Below are positions 1 through 7,610 of a stretch of DNA of 14,824 bases, one piece after another. The notes under the pieces were generated by a model. That model worked only from the letters and a program-made list of their open reading frames with translations. It was not told where the DNA came from and searched no databases. Numbering within the stretch: the first letter of the stretch is position 1; each line of letters starts with the position of its first letter. Source of the DNA: Nitrospirota bacterium (GTDB taxonomy: Bacteria > Nitrospirota > UBA9217); assembly GCA_963749655.1 (NCBI GenBank), contig CAVVOB010000006.1, positions 1-14,824 on the forward strand, read 5' to 3'. Both the position numbers and the translations under genes were made by a program.

Positions 1-160
1 GTTCCTGATCCCGCACAATATGCAGGTATGAGTCGGGGTGGTGGCGGTCGTGGCTGGAAGCGCCCCGCGTTATGAGCAGGGGAAAGAAAGTGTCCGGCCG
101 TGCATAAAGTGCCGCGAGAGAGTCGATGTTAAGGAAATGCAATACTCTGCGATGGCTCAT
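1..160 (-). CDS. Possible 5' part of a divergent hypothetical gene (MSHRRVLHFLNIDSLAALYARPDTFF...), runs off the window
   Basis: ATG at 160 (- strand) with 53 open codons to the window edge; AAGGA-like motif upstream; no recognisable family motif. Confidence 0.35.
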   Translation of the reverse strand, partial: MSHRRVLHFLNIDSLAALYARPDTFFPLLITRGASSHDRHHPDSYLHIVRDQE

Positions 161-177
161 TTCTCAGTAATACATCC

Positions 178-206
178 TTGACATGGTGACGGACGATAAT
201 TATACT
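178..206 (+). promoter_or_regulatory. Sigma70-type promoter of the receiver-PilZ gene
   Basis: TTGACA(178-183)-17 bp-TATACT(201-206), about 60 nt before ATG 266. Confidence 0.7.
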
Positions 207-265
207 CAAAAAAATACGTTCATTATGACGTTCTCATTAATAGTGTTTGTCGGTTCTGGAGTTGG

Positions 266-943
266 ATGATGCGCAAGCCGCGGGTGATCATTTTCGACGA
301 CGAAGTGTTCATCTTGAACATGCTGAGGGACTTCTTCCTCATGCGGGGATATGAGGTTCTCTCCTACAGCGATCCCACGCCCATTTGCCCGATCTATGGA
401 CATGGCGGCGACGTCTGTTCAAGTCACCACCGCTGCAGCGATGTCATGATCACCGACTTCAACATGCCCGGCGTGAATGGGGTCGAACTTCTCGAACACC
501 AGAGCCGGAAAGGCTGTAAACTGAACATCAGGAACAAAGCGGTCATCTCGGGATATATTGATGAAAAGAACCGGACGAAGGTCCGGCAGCTGGGGTGTTC
601 CTTTTTCCAGAAGCCATTCAACCTCCATTCCCTGATAGAGTGGCTTACGGCGTGCGAACAGCGGATCGACCTGAGCCAGAAGGTGGCCACACGGCGAAAA
701 GAGCAGCGCTTTGAAAGTGACCGCGAGGTCCTGTTCCGGGTCCCCGATTCCGACGACGTCTATACCGGCATTGCGGTCAATGCAAGCACTACGGGGCTCT
801 GCCTCAAGGTCCCCACTCCTTTGCAACGGGAGCAGATCATCAACTTCCACGCTAGTCCCTTTCACTCCTTCAGCAACGCATCCGTTCGCTGGGTCACCAA
901 GATCGACAACGGCTCATATCTCGCAGGCGTGCACTGCGCCTAG
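266..943 (+). CDS. Response regulator receiver domain + C-terminal PilZ domain
   Basis: VIIFDD, ITDFNMPGVNG (phosphoacceptor D), ISG, FQKPF receiver motifs; PilZ motifs RRKEQRF (RxxxR) and NASTTG (D/NxSxxG). Confidence 0.85.
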   Translation: MMRKPRVIIFDDEVFILNMLRDFFLMRGYEVLSYSDPTPICPIYGHGGDVCSSHHRCSDVMITDFNMPGVNGVELLEHQSRKGCKLNIRNKAVISGYIDEKNRTKVRQLGCSFFQKPFNLHSLIEWLTACEQRIDLSQKVATRRKEQRFESDREVLFRVPDSDDVYTGIAVNASTTGLCLKVPTPLQREQIINFHASPFHSFSNASVRWVTKIDNGSYLAGVHCA

Positions 944-1201
944 TGATGGCGGTGCGGAAAGACCCGGTCTATAACGTGCATCGCCCGCTCATTGCCCGAA
1001 AACGCGGTGCGTGATCCCCGCTTCCCCGCTTTTGCACATTCCTCATATCGTTACCTAACGTCATAATGCGGCCTGCATACGTGCGATCGCGGTCATATAA
1101 TGTCGAGTGCGCGGTTTCCGACGGTCGTCAGGCAGATCATGAACAAGGTGAAAGGCTTGTGAGGATGTGTGCAGCGCTATGGGGCAAGAAGGAGAGGCAT
1201 C

Positions 1202-1543
1202 TCAGCAGGTGATGTGAAAAGCGGCAATGACCTTGTCTGTTCCCTGAAGGGAGTTGAACAGCTCGACGGCCTGTTTTGTCTTATCGACCCGGACTTCGAT
1301 CCCCTTGGAGGTCAGATAATTGCGGATCTGGTCAGGGATGGACAGGACGCCGGCATAACCCGTTCCGATGATCAGGATGTCCGGTTCGGCATTGACGATG
1401 TCGGCGAATTCCCTGATCTGCGGACGGTGCTCTTCTTCCCGGGGCCACGATTCATCCACGCGGTCAGGATATACGATCACATCACCATGATAGGTCTTTC
1501 CCCCTATCGTAATGCAGCCGAATTTAAAGGATTCAATCTTCAT
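1202..1543 (-). CDS. Mth938-like (DUF498/598) domain protein
   Basis: IESFKFGCITIGGKTYHGDVIVYPD, PDILIIGTG, TKQAVELFN, AAFHITC C-terminus; 113 aa. Confidence 0.88.
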   Translation of the reverse strand: MKIESFKFGCITIGGKTYHGDVIVYPDRVDESWPREEEHRPQIREFADIVNAEPDILIIGTGYAGVLSIPDQIRNYLTSKGIEVRVDKTKQAVELFNSLQGTDKVIAAFHITC

Positions 1544-1937
1544 GAGGCAAACTCCCGAACAAACTGCAATATTTTATACCATGAACATGAACAGGAATCA
1601 ATACAATATATCCCTCACCGCAAGCTGTCGTTACCGGAGTTTCGCGATTTCGTGACAATGCGATTCCATGACAATGCCAGGATACGCTGGTCCGAATACA
1701 TCATTTCCGAATGTTAGTTTCCTTTTTCCGGGAGCATCTTTTCTCCCCGCAGGGAAGGTTCTTATGGACGAGACCCAGAAAAGCAGTTTTTCCCGGGCGC
1801 AACGAGCGTCAGGAAAACGCCCTTGGTAATATCGTATTCCGGGTGTATCCTGTCATAGTTGATGGCTCTATGCTCTCTGTTGTGCAGCCTTGATCCGCAT
1901 ACCGGAGCAGTATTCGGCCGGGAAGGGAATCGTTCCT

Positions 1938-2342
1938 ATGCTGAAATACCTTTTTGTGCTGCTTTGCCTTGCCGCTCCAGCTGCTGCGAATGTGCGGACC
2001 GCAGAGCCTCCGCCCGCTTGGTTGAAAAGCGTATCCTGCCGGATCCTTATCAGAGAGAGCGGGTCGTCGGTGAACTTGCGGCCCCTGAACGACGGCATCG
2101 TCGACACGCTCAGCAAGAATTCCGTTGATCATAGTATGAGCGCGGTCATCACCGGCGGCCGGATGCTTGGTGCCAAGGTTCAACACGTCTATGTGAAGAT
2201 GCCGAGCGAGCGGTTCAATGTGGCCATGACCCTGGACGGACAGACCTTTCTTCGGATGAACCACCTCGATCTCGATATTTTTCTTGAGACGTCCATAGAC
2301 GGTCATGTCTATATTCTGCACTGTTTCCAGGAAACCAAGTAG
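1938..2342 (+). CDS. Hypothetical secreted/periplasmic protein
   Basis: ATG 1938 after GGAAGGGA; N-terminus MLKYLFVLLCLAAPAAA resembles a signal peptide with AxA cleavage site. Confidence 0.6.
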   Translation: MLKYLFVLLCLAAPAAANVRTAEPPPAWLKSVSCRILIRESGSSVNLRPLNDGIVDTLSKNSVDHSMSAVITGGRMLGAKVQHVYVKMPSERFNVAMTLDGQTFLRMNHLDLDIFLETSIDGHVYILHCFQETK

Positions 2343-2456
2343 GGAACTCAGATCCTACAACAGCACTACATTTATTCGCCCGCTGATCCATCAAACGAGA
2401 AGGATTGCGCTCACTCCTGGAAACACCCGGGGGTGCGAGGAAGGAACCCGACGTCT

Positions 2457-3086
2457 GTGAAATTCAAGATTGATCTTCATGTCCACTCCCGGAACAGCGG
2501 GGATAATGACGCAGATCCCGAGGAGACCGTGAGCCGCGCCATCGAGCTCGGGCTCGGCGGTATTGCCTTTACGGAGCATTATTCGTTCGAGGCCTCCGAA
2601 CCTGTCGAGCGTTTGCGGGAAAGATACCGCGAGGCCATCATGCTCTTCCGGGGCGTCGAGTTCTCGGCTGCCGAGGGACACTGTCTCATCTTCGGTGTTG
2701 ACACGGACAAGCTGGATATGAGGTTCGCCCCGATCAGGGACCTGGTTCGCGTCGTGACGACGGCGGGGGGTGTCGTTATCCCCACGCATCCCTACCGGGG
2801 AGGGAACAGCATGGGCGATCTGCTTTTCGCGCTTCCGGGCATCAGCGCCGTAGAGGGCTACAATGGCGCCAATATGCACGCCATGAACGTAAAGGCGATG
2901 GCAGCAGCCGTCAAGATGAACCTTCCCTATACAGGCGGTTCCGATGCCCACCAGCCGAGCGAGGTGGGCTCCTGTTATACCGTGTTCGATGACGCGGTGA
3001 CCTATGAGAACTTTCTCCCGCTTCTCAGGGCCGGCAGGTTCACGGGCATGGACACACGAAAGATATCCCGGGCCATGATGCTCTGA
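2457..3086 (+). CDS. PHP-domain metal-dependent phosphoesterase
   Basis: IDLHVHS, AFTEH, GVEFS..GH, THPYR, GGSDAH motifs; GTG 2457 after GAGGAAGGA. Confidence 0.9.
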   Translation: MKFKIDLHVHSRNSGDNDADPEETVSRAIELGLGGIAFTEHYSFEASEPVERLRERYREAIMLFRGVEFSAAEGHCLIFGVDTDKLDMRFAPIRDLVRVVTTAGGVVIPTHPYRGGNSMGDLLFALPGISAVEGYNGANMHAMNVKAMAAAVKMNLPYTGGSDAHQPSEVGSCYTVFDDAVTYENFLPLLRAGRFTGMDTRKISRAMML

Positions 3087-3226
3087 GATCCGATCAGCGT
3101 CAGTGGACAACGTCCCCGCACCACCCTTTTCCCCCATCTTCCCCTGATCACCGTCTGCCGCTTTGCAGAAAAATGCATATGGCCTCTGCAACGACCAGAG
3201 AAGGCATATCTTCGTTGCCGGAGGTA

Positions 3227-3255
3227 TTGACATCCGGTGTCCTGAGCGTTATGTT
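3227..3255 (+). promoter_or_regulatory. Sigma70-type promoter upstream of the NmrA-like gene
   Basis: TTGACA(3227-3232)-17 bp-TATGTT(3250-3255). Confidence 0.5.
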
Positions 3256-3375
3256 TATTCTATAGAGGACATTAAAAGACCTGATTAGACGACAGCGTCG
3301 GCTTTTTAACGGGTAGGTGTCCTGCGAAATGGGTGCCTGTAAGGGTATCCGTATCGGCAGGTGAGGAGGTGCATA

Positions 3376-4287
3376 ATGTTAGTTATCACGGGAGCAACAG
3401 GAAAGACCGGGAGCAAGCTCGCGGAAATACTTCTGGAAAAGGGTCATAAAATAAGGGTGATCGGGAGGGACACGGGAAAGCTTAAGGCATTCATTGAGAA
3501 GGGTGCAGAGGCAGCCGCAGGAGATATGGCAGACAGGACATTTCTAACCAAGGCATTCCGCGGCGCTGAAGCGGTGTACGCCCTTATTCCTCCGAATTTC
3601 GTCGTTGCGGACTTTCGCGAGTATCAGGCAAAGATCGGCGAGAGCATTGTTGCGGCGATAAAGGACAGTGGGGTCAGATACGTTGTGAACCTGAGCAGCC
3701 AGGGGGCCCATTTGCCCGACAGGACCGGTCCCATCAAGGGCCTTCATGACCAGGAAGAACGGCTGAACAAGCTCAAGGGTGTGAACGTCCTGCACCTTCG
3801 GCCCACCTATTTCATGGAGAACCTCCTTATGAACATCGACCTGATCAGGAAGATGAACATTATGGGGTCCGCGGTCCGGGGTGACGTTAAGTTCGCCATG
3901 ATCGCCGCGAAGGACATCGCTGCATACGCGGCCGAGCGTCTGATCAAGCGTGACTTTGCCGGCAAATCCGTCGTGGACCTCCTGGGGCAGCGCGATCTGT
4001 CATTGAACGAGGCTGCGGCGATCATCGGAACGAAACTGGGAAAACCGGACCTCAAGTACGTGGCCTTTCCCTACGAGGACGCCGAGAAGGGGATGGTGGC
4101 ATCAGGCCTTACCCCTGGTCTGAGCAAACTCTATGTCGAGATGAGCAAAGCGTTGAACGAGGGCCTGTTCGCCGTGAACGTTGCCCGGACGAGGGAGAAT
4201 ATGACGCCGACCGCCTTCGAGGCATTCGCAGATCTTTTTGCGGCAGCTTACCAGACCTCGGAATCGGGAGGGCGCAAAGTCGCTTGA
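3376..4287 (+). CDS. NmrA-family NAD(P)-binding protein (atypical SDR)
   Basis: LVITGATGKTGS Rossmann motif, VVNLSSQGA, LRPTYFMENL, DIAAYAA; RBS AGGAGG 3364-3369. Confidence 0.9.
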   Translation: MLVITGATGKTGSKLAEILLEKGHKIRVIGRDTGKLKAFIEKGAEAAAGDMADRTFLTKAFRGAEAVYALIPPNFVVADFREYQAKIGESIVAAIKDSGVRYVVNLSSQGAHLPDRTGPIKGLHDQEERLNKLKGVNVLHLRPTYFMENLLMNIDLIRKMNIMGSAVRGDVKFAMIAAKDIAAYAAERLIKRDFAGKSVVDLLGQRDLSLNEAAAIIGTKLGKPDLKYVAFPYEDAEKGMVASGLTPGLSKLYVEMSKALNEGLFAVNVARTRENMTPTAFEAFADLFAAAYQTSESGGRKVA

Positions 4288-4321
4288 TATGAACGAGTGA
4301 AATATGGGCACTCTTTTGATC

Positions 4322-4355
4322 CCGGACCAGGACGTCGCTGGTTCGGTTTTTTTTT
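4322..4355 (+). terminator. Rho-independent terminator after the NmrA-like gene
   Basis: CCGGACCAG-7 nt-CTGGTTCGG 9-bp stem (one G.U) followed by T9. Confidence 0.85.
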
Positions 4356-4413
4356 CTCGTTCCGGGCAAATTATGATAGAATCGCCTATGGATCTGCGGG
4401 ACAGGGGGAACGC

Positions 4414-4647
4414 ATGAAGGTCACGGGTGCCCTGGTTTTGGCTGCCTTGGCTGCGGCGATCACGGTCGTGTTCGCATTTGCGGACAGGGGCGCTCCCCTC
4501 ATTCCCCGTGATATCTTCCATACGATCGTCATCAACAACTCAGCATGTACGACATGCCATACTCCGGGCAAACAGGCTCCGCTGAAAGCGTCCCACGCTC
4601 CGAAGGAAGAATGCATGTCCTGTCATAAAACGAAACAGTCGAGATGA
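4414..4647 (+). CDS. Small periplasmic diheme c-type cytochrome (77 aa precursor)
   Basis: Hydrophobic signal peptide ending AFA; two CxxCH motifs (CTTCH, CMSCH) plus two extra His (IFH, ASH) as likely distal ligands; GGGGGA RBS. Confidence 0.82.
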   Translation: MKVTGALVLAALAAAITVVFAFADRGAPLIPRDIFHTIVINNSACTTCHTPGKQAPLKASHAPKEECMSCHKTKQSR

Positions 4648-4680
4648 TCCGATCGGACACCGCCCGAACGTTCGTCGATT

Positions 4681-4709
4681 TTGACAACGGGCGCGTTTTT
4701 CCGTATAAT
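4681..4709 (+). promoter_or_regulatory. Perfect-consensus sigma70 promoter for the groES-like gene cluster
   Basis: TTGACA(4681-4686)-17 bp-TATAAT(4704-4709); GGAGG RBS before ATG 4766. Confidence 0.85.
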
Positions 4710-4765
4710 TTCCCCGCAGGGGGACAGACACTACCCATGTACGGGGATAGGGAGGCGCAAGAACA

Positions 4766-5367
4766 ATGAAGATCAAGCCGTTGAATGATTGGGCGGTCAT
4801 TGTACCGTCCGAAGCGATGACGCGAACCGCGGGAGGGCTTTATATCCCGGACGCGGCAAAAGAGAAGCCGGCCGAAGGGACCGTCGAGGCCATCGGCCCC
4901 GGCGCCTTTGAGGAAGAGAAGCGGGGAGAGAAAAAAAGGAGAAAAAAGAGCGAAAGTTCATAGCCACCTCGGTCAAGCCGGGCGAGCGGGTCATGTATGA
5001 TCGCTACGCGGGCCAGAAGATCACGATCGGCGGCGCCGAGCGTGTTCTCGTTCGGGAAGTGAACATCCTGGGCATTCTTCCACCGGCACCGTCGAGGCCG
5101 CCAGAGGACCTGCCGCCGCTCATGCTGCCCGCGGTGACCGCAGCCGGTTCATCGACGGCACTGATCCCGCGGAAGTCAGGCGCCATCATGGTGAAAAAAG
5201 AGGCGTCGAAGCCGGTGGTGAAGAAGGCCGTCAAGAAAGCCGCAAAGAAGAAGGCCCAGGGAAAGGCAAAACCGGCGGCCAAGAAGGCAGTGAAAAAGAC
5301 CGTCGCCAAACCGAAAAAAGCAGCGGCGAAGAAGGCCGCGCCAAAGAAAGCGAAAAAGAAACGGTAG
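4766..5367 (+). CDS. GroES/Cpn10-like co-chaperonin with Lys/Ala-rich histone-H1-like C-terminal tail; interrupted by a -1 frameshift near 4931-4948
   Basis: Frame 1: [39 protein letters not shown], stop at 4963; the -1 frame continues [44 protein letters not shown] (GroES C-half), then [12 protein letters not shown]...; joined about 200 aa. Confidence 0.8.
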
Positions 5368-5377
5368 GTAATGACAC

Positions 5378-5986
5378 ATGACCGGCGCTGATGATCAGAA
5401 TAGCACCCGGGAGGCGAAGATCCGGGAGATCCTGGAACAAGAGATCCAGGACGGCGAGGACCTGGCGAACGACGCCCGGAAGATGATCGGGTACCTGCTC
5501 CGGGACAAGAAGGGTTACGGTCAGGAAGACATCCGGAAAGGCCTCGCCTTCGAAGTGACGCTCGGACAGGAGGTTTTCTGGTCCTCGGCGGATTTCCTTG
5601 TATCCGTGAACGGCAGGATGGGTATGATCATCAAGTGCGCGGCAGGGTCGCTTGATTCCCGTGAGCGCCAGGCCGTGGCGGCGGCGCGGGTCATCGCATC
5701 CCCACCGCTGCCCGTCGCTGTCGTGGCCGATCCCGTGACGGCCGAGGTGCTCGATGTCGCATCGGGAAAGGTTATCGGTGAGGGCTTCGGCGCCATACCG
5801 ACGAGAGAACAACTGGTGGATATGCTGGAAGGGAATGCAGCGCAATCCCTGAACGACAAGCGCCTGGAGAAGGAAAAGCGCATCCTGCTCGCCTTCGACG
5901 CCATCAAGTGCTGCGTGCCCCAGGGTGGAAGCGGCGGCGTGCAGATCGGCCCGGATCCGGATCCGGATCAGGATGCAAAATCCTAA
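5378..5986 (+). CDS. Stand-alone type I restriction HsdR N-terminal-like (PD-(D/E)xK fold) protein
   Basis: YLLRDKKGYGQEDI, ADFLVSVNGRMGMIIKC, RERQAVAAAR, IPTREQL pattern resembles HSDR_N-type domains; no helicase domain. Confidence 0.65.
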   Translation: MTGADDQNSTREAKIREILEQEIQDGEDLANDARKMIGYLLRDKKGYGQEDIRKGLAFEVTLGQEVFWSSADFLVSVNGRMGMIIKCAAGSLDSRERQAVAAARVIASPPLPVAVVADPVTAEVLDVASGKVIGEGFGAIPTREQLVDMLEGNAAQSLNDKRLEKEKRILLAFDAIKCCVPQGGSGGVQIGPDPDPDQDAKS

Positions 5987-6040
5987 GGACCGATCGATCT
6001 TGATCCTCTTAGAATCCTGTCTGTTTAGCCACCCTTCCCC

Positions 6041-6882
6041 ATGACCCAACTTACCGAAGAGACCTTCGAAAAGACCCTTCAGACCTTCATCCGCTCGGAC
6101 CAGATCGACCTCCGCGACGTTTCCTTCATCGACCCTTACGGCATGGTGGGGCTCCTTGAGATCGGCGAGCTTTGCATGCTCGAGGACATCAAGAAGACCA
6201 TCCTTCTTCCCCGTTCAGAGGAGGTCCGGCGCTATCTCGAACGGATGGACTTCTTCACGAGCGCAAGGCGTATTTTTCCCTCGAACCGATGCATGTACCT
6301 TCCCCGGCGTCGGCGGGCAGGTCGGCGGACTCCGACGTACTGCTCGAGATCACGCCGATCGAACGTGCGAACGATATCCACTACATCGTCGGCAAAGTGG
6401 AGGAACGGGCGCAGGTCATACTGGCAAAGCACTTACGCTACGACAGTCGGGCGATCAACGGCTTCATTGTGGCATTGTCGGAGATCTGCCAGAACATCGT
6501 CGAGCACAGCGAGAACAAGGGATTCGTCGGCATCCAGAGGTACCGGTACCCGAGCCTGGGAAAGAACATCGTGAAGATCGCGGTCATGGATGCCGGGATC
6601 GGTTTCAGAAAATCTCTTTCATCACGGTTCAGGCTTAAAAGCGACCTGGATGCCCTTGAAAAGGCATTGCTTCATGGCGCGTCGCGCCACGAGGACGAGG
6701 GCAGGGGACACGGCTTGGCTGCGGTCCGGCGTTTCGCCGAGCAATGGCAGGGCAGGCTCTCCATCCGCTCGGGTACGGCACGGCTTTCGATCATCCCCAA
6801 ATGGGCGCGAGGAAAAGAACGTGAGCTGAACCTCACGAACTTCCCCGGTAGCCAGATCAATATAATCCTTCCTGAAGTGTGA
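6041..6882 (+). CDS. STAS-like + HATPase_c (RsbW/SpoIIAB-like kinase fold) protein; -1 frameshift near 6255-6285
   Basis: Frame from 6041: IDLRDVSFIDPYGMVGL..VRRYLERMDFF (STAS-like); -1 frame: YFSLEP..LLEITPI..ALSEICQNIVEHS (N box), DAGIGF (G1), GRGHGLAAV (G2), FPGSQINI; joined about 280 aa. Confidence 0.8.
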
Positions 6883-6884
6883 TA

Positions 6885-6897
6885 TTTCAACTACTTA
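6885..6897 (+). promoter_or_regulatory. Possible IHF-binding site
   Basis: TTTCAACTACTTA vs consensus WATCAANNNNTTR (1 mismatch) in an AT-rich tract upstream of the -35. Confidence 0.3.
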
Positions 6898-6928
6898 CGA
6901 ATATATAAGATTGCACGAAATAATCCAC

Positions 6929-6971
6929 TTGACAAGTCTGCCAAAATATGGTTCAATAGAATCAATTGAAC
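6929..6971 (+). promoter_or_regulatory. Sigma70 promoter with overlapping inverted-repeat operator candidate
   Basis: TTGACA(6929-6934)-17 bp-TTCAAT(6952-6957) with extended TG; GTTCAAT-N7-ATTGAAC (6951-6971) overlaps the -10 and start region. Confidence 0.6.
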
Positions 6972-6991
6972 GTAGAGATGCAAGGCTATTT

Positions 6992-7024
6992 CTGTTTAAG
7001 GTCATAGATACTGATCTTAAACAG
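6992..7024. repeat. 13-7-13 inverted repeat in the ORF6N leader; copy of the intragenic palindrome
   Basis: CTGTTTAAGGTCA-tagatac-TGATCTTAAACAG (12/13 Watson-Crick, one G.T). Confidence 0.85.
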
Positions 7025-7061
7025 TGTGACACGTTGGCAATTAAGCAGGGTGGAGTCGTCC

Positions 7062-7610
7062 ATGGAAACAATGGTCACAACAGAATCTATAGAACGGAAA
7101 ATCTACATCATCCGTGGTACGAAGGTGATGCTCGATAACGACCTTGCCGAACTGTATGGTGTGACGACGAAGGTGCTTCTTCAGGCAGTCAAAAGGAATA
7201 AAAAGCGTTTTCCCTCCGATTTCATGTTTCAGCTAAAATATCAAGACGTTGCAGTTTTAAGGTCACAAACTGTGACCTTAAAGACCGGGCGGGGAGAGCA
7301 TCGGAAATACGTTGCTTATGTATTCACTGAGCAGGGTGTTTCCATGTTATCCGGCATTTTGAACAGTGACCGTGCGATCGAAGTGAATATTCAGATCATG
7401 CGTGCCTTCGTTAAGCTTCGTGAAATGATATCGACGAATAAAGACCTATCTAAAAAGCTGGAGGAACTTGAGAAAAAGTACGATTCCCAGTTCAAGATAG
7501 TCTTCGACGCCATCCGGGCCCTTGTGTCACAACCGGAACCGAAGGAAAAGAAGATCGGGTTCATCAAGGAGAACCGCGCGTCCTACACCACAGCGGTCGA
7601 TATCCGCTGA
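7062..7610 (+). CDS. ORF6N-domain (KilA-N-like) DNA-binding protein with C-terminal coiled coil
   Basis: KIYIIRGTKVMLDNDLAELYGVTTKVLLQAVKRNKKRFPSDFMFQL, YVFTEQGVSMLSGILNSDRAIEVNIQIMRAFVKLR, KKYDSQFKIVFDAIR, KKIGF; GGAG RBS; visibly more AT-rich than neighbours. Confidence 0.92.
   Translation: METMVTTESIERKIYIIRGTKVMLDNDLAELYGVTTKVLLQAVKRNKKRFPSDFMFQLKYQDVAVLRSQTVTLKTGRGEHRKYVAYVFTEQGVSMLSGILNSDRAIEVNIQIMRAFVKLREMISTNKDLSKKLEELEKKYDSQFKIVFDAIRALVSQPEPKEKKIGFIKENRASYTTAVDIR
7256..7282. repeat. Perfect 12-bp-arm palindrome inside the ORF6N CDS
   Basis: TTTAAGGTCACA-aac-TGTGACCTTAAA, overlapping the codons for LRSQTVTLK. Confidence 0.9.

Noticed and set aside
944-1200. Possible structured RNA in the convergent intergenic gap (e.g. 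GCA-TACG-TGC)
   Set aside because: Only short stems; no tRNA, riboswitch or known ncRNA signature I can support
4665-4674. CGAACGTTCG as a Gram-positive-type SOS box
   Set aside because: The LexA box needs GAAC-N4-GTTC; here the spacer is 0 and the site lies upstream of the -35
4700-4765. CIRCE/HrcA element before the groES-like gene
   Set aside because: No TTAGCACTC-N9-GAGTGCTAA match
5950-5975. CCGGAT tandem repeat
   Set aside because: Three short in-frame copies encoding a Pro-Asp tail; low-complexity coding sequence
5378-5986. Type I restriction-modification system
   Set aside because: No hsdM, hsdS or helicase domain; catalytic motif altered
6156-6829. Extra overlapping + strand ORFs (6156-6638, 6590-6829) as separate genes
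   Set aside because: Explained by a single frameshifted STAS-HATPase gene; translations are Arg/Gly-rich off-frame sequence
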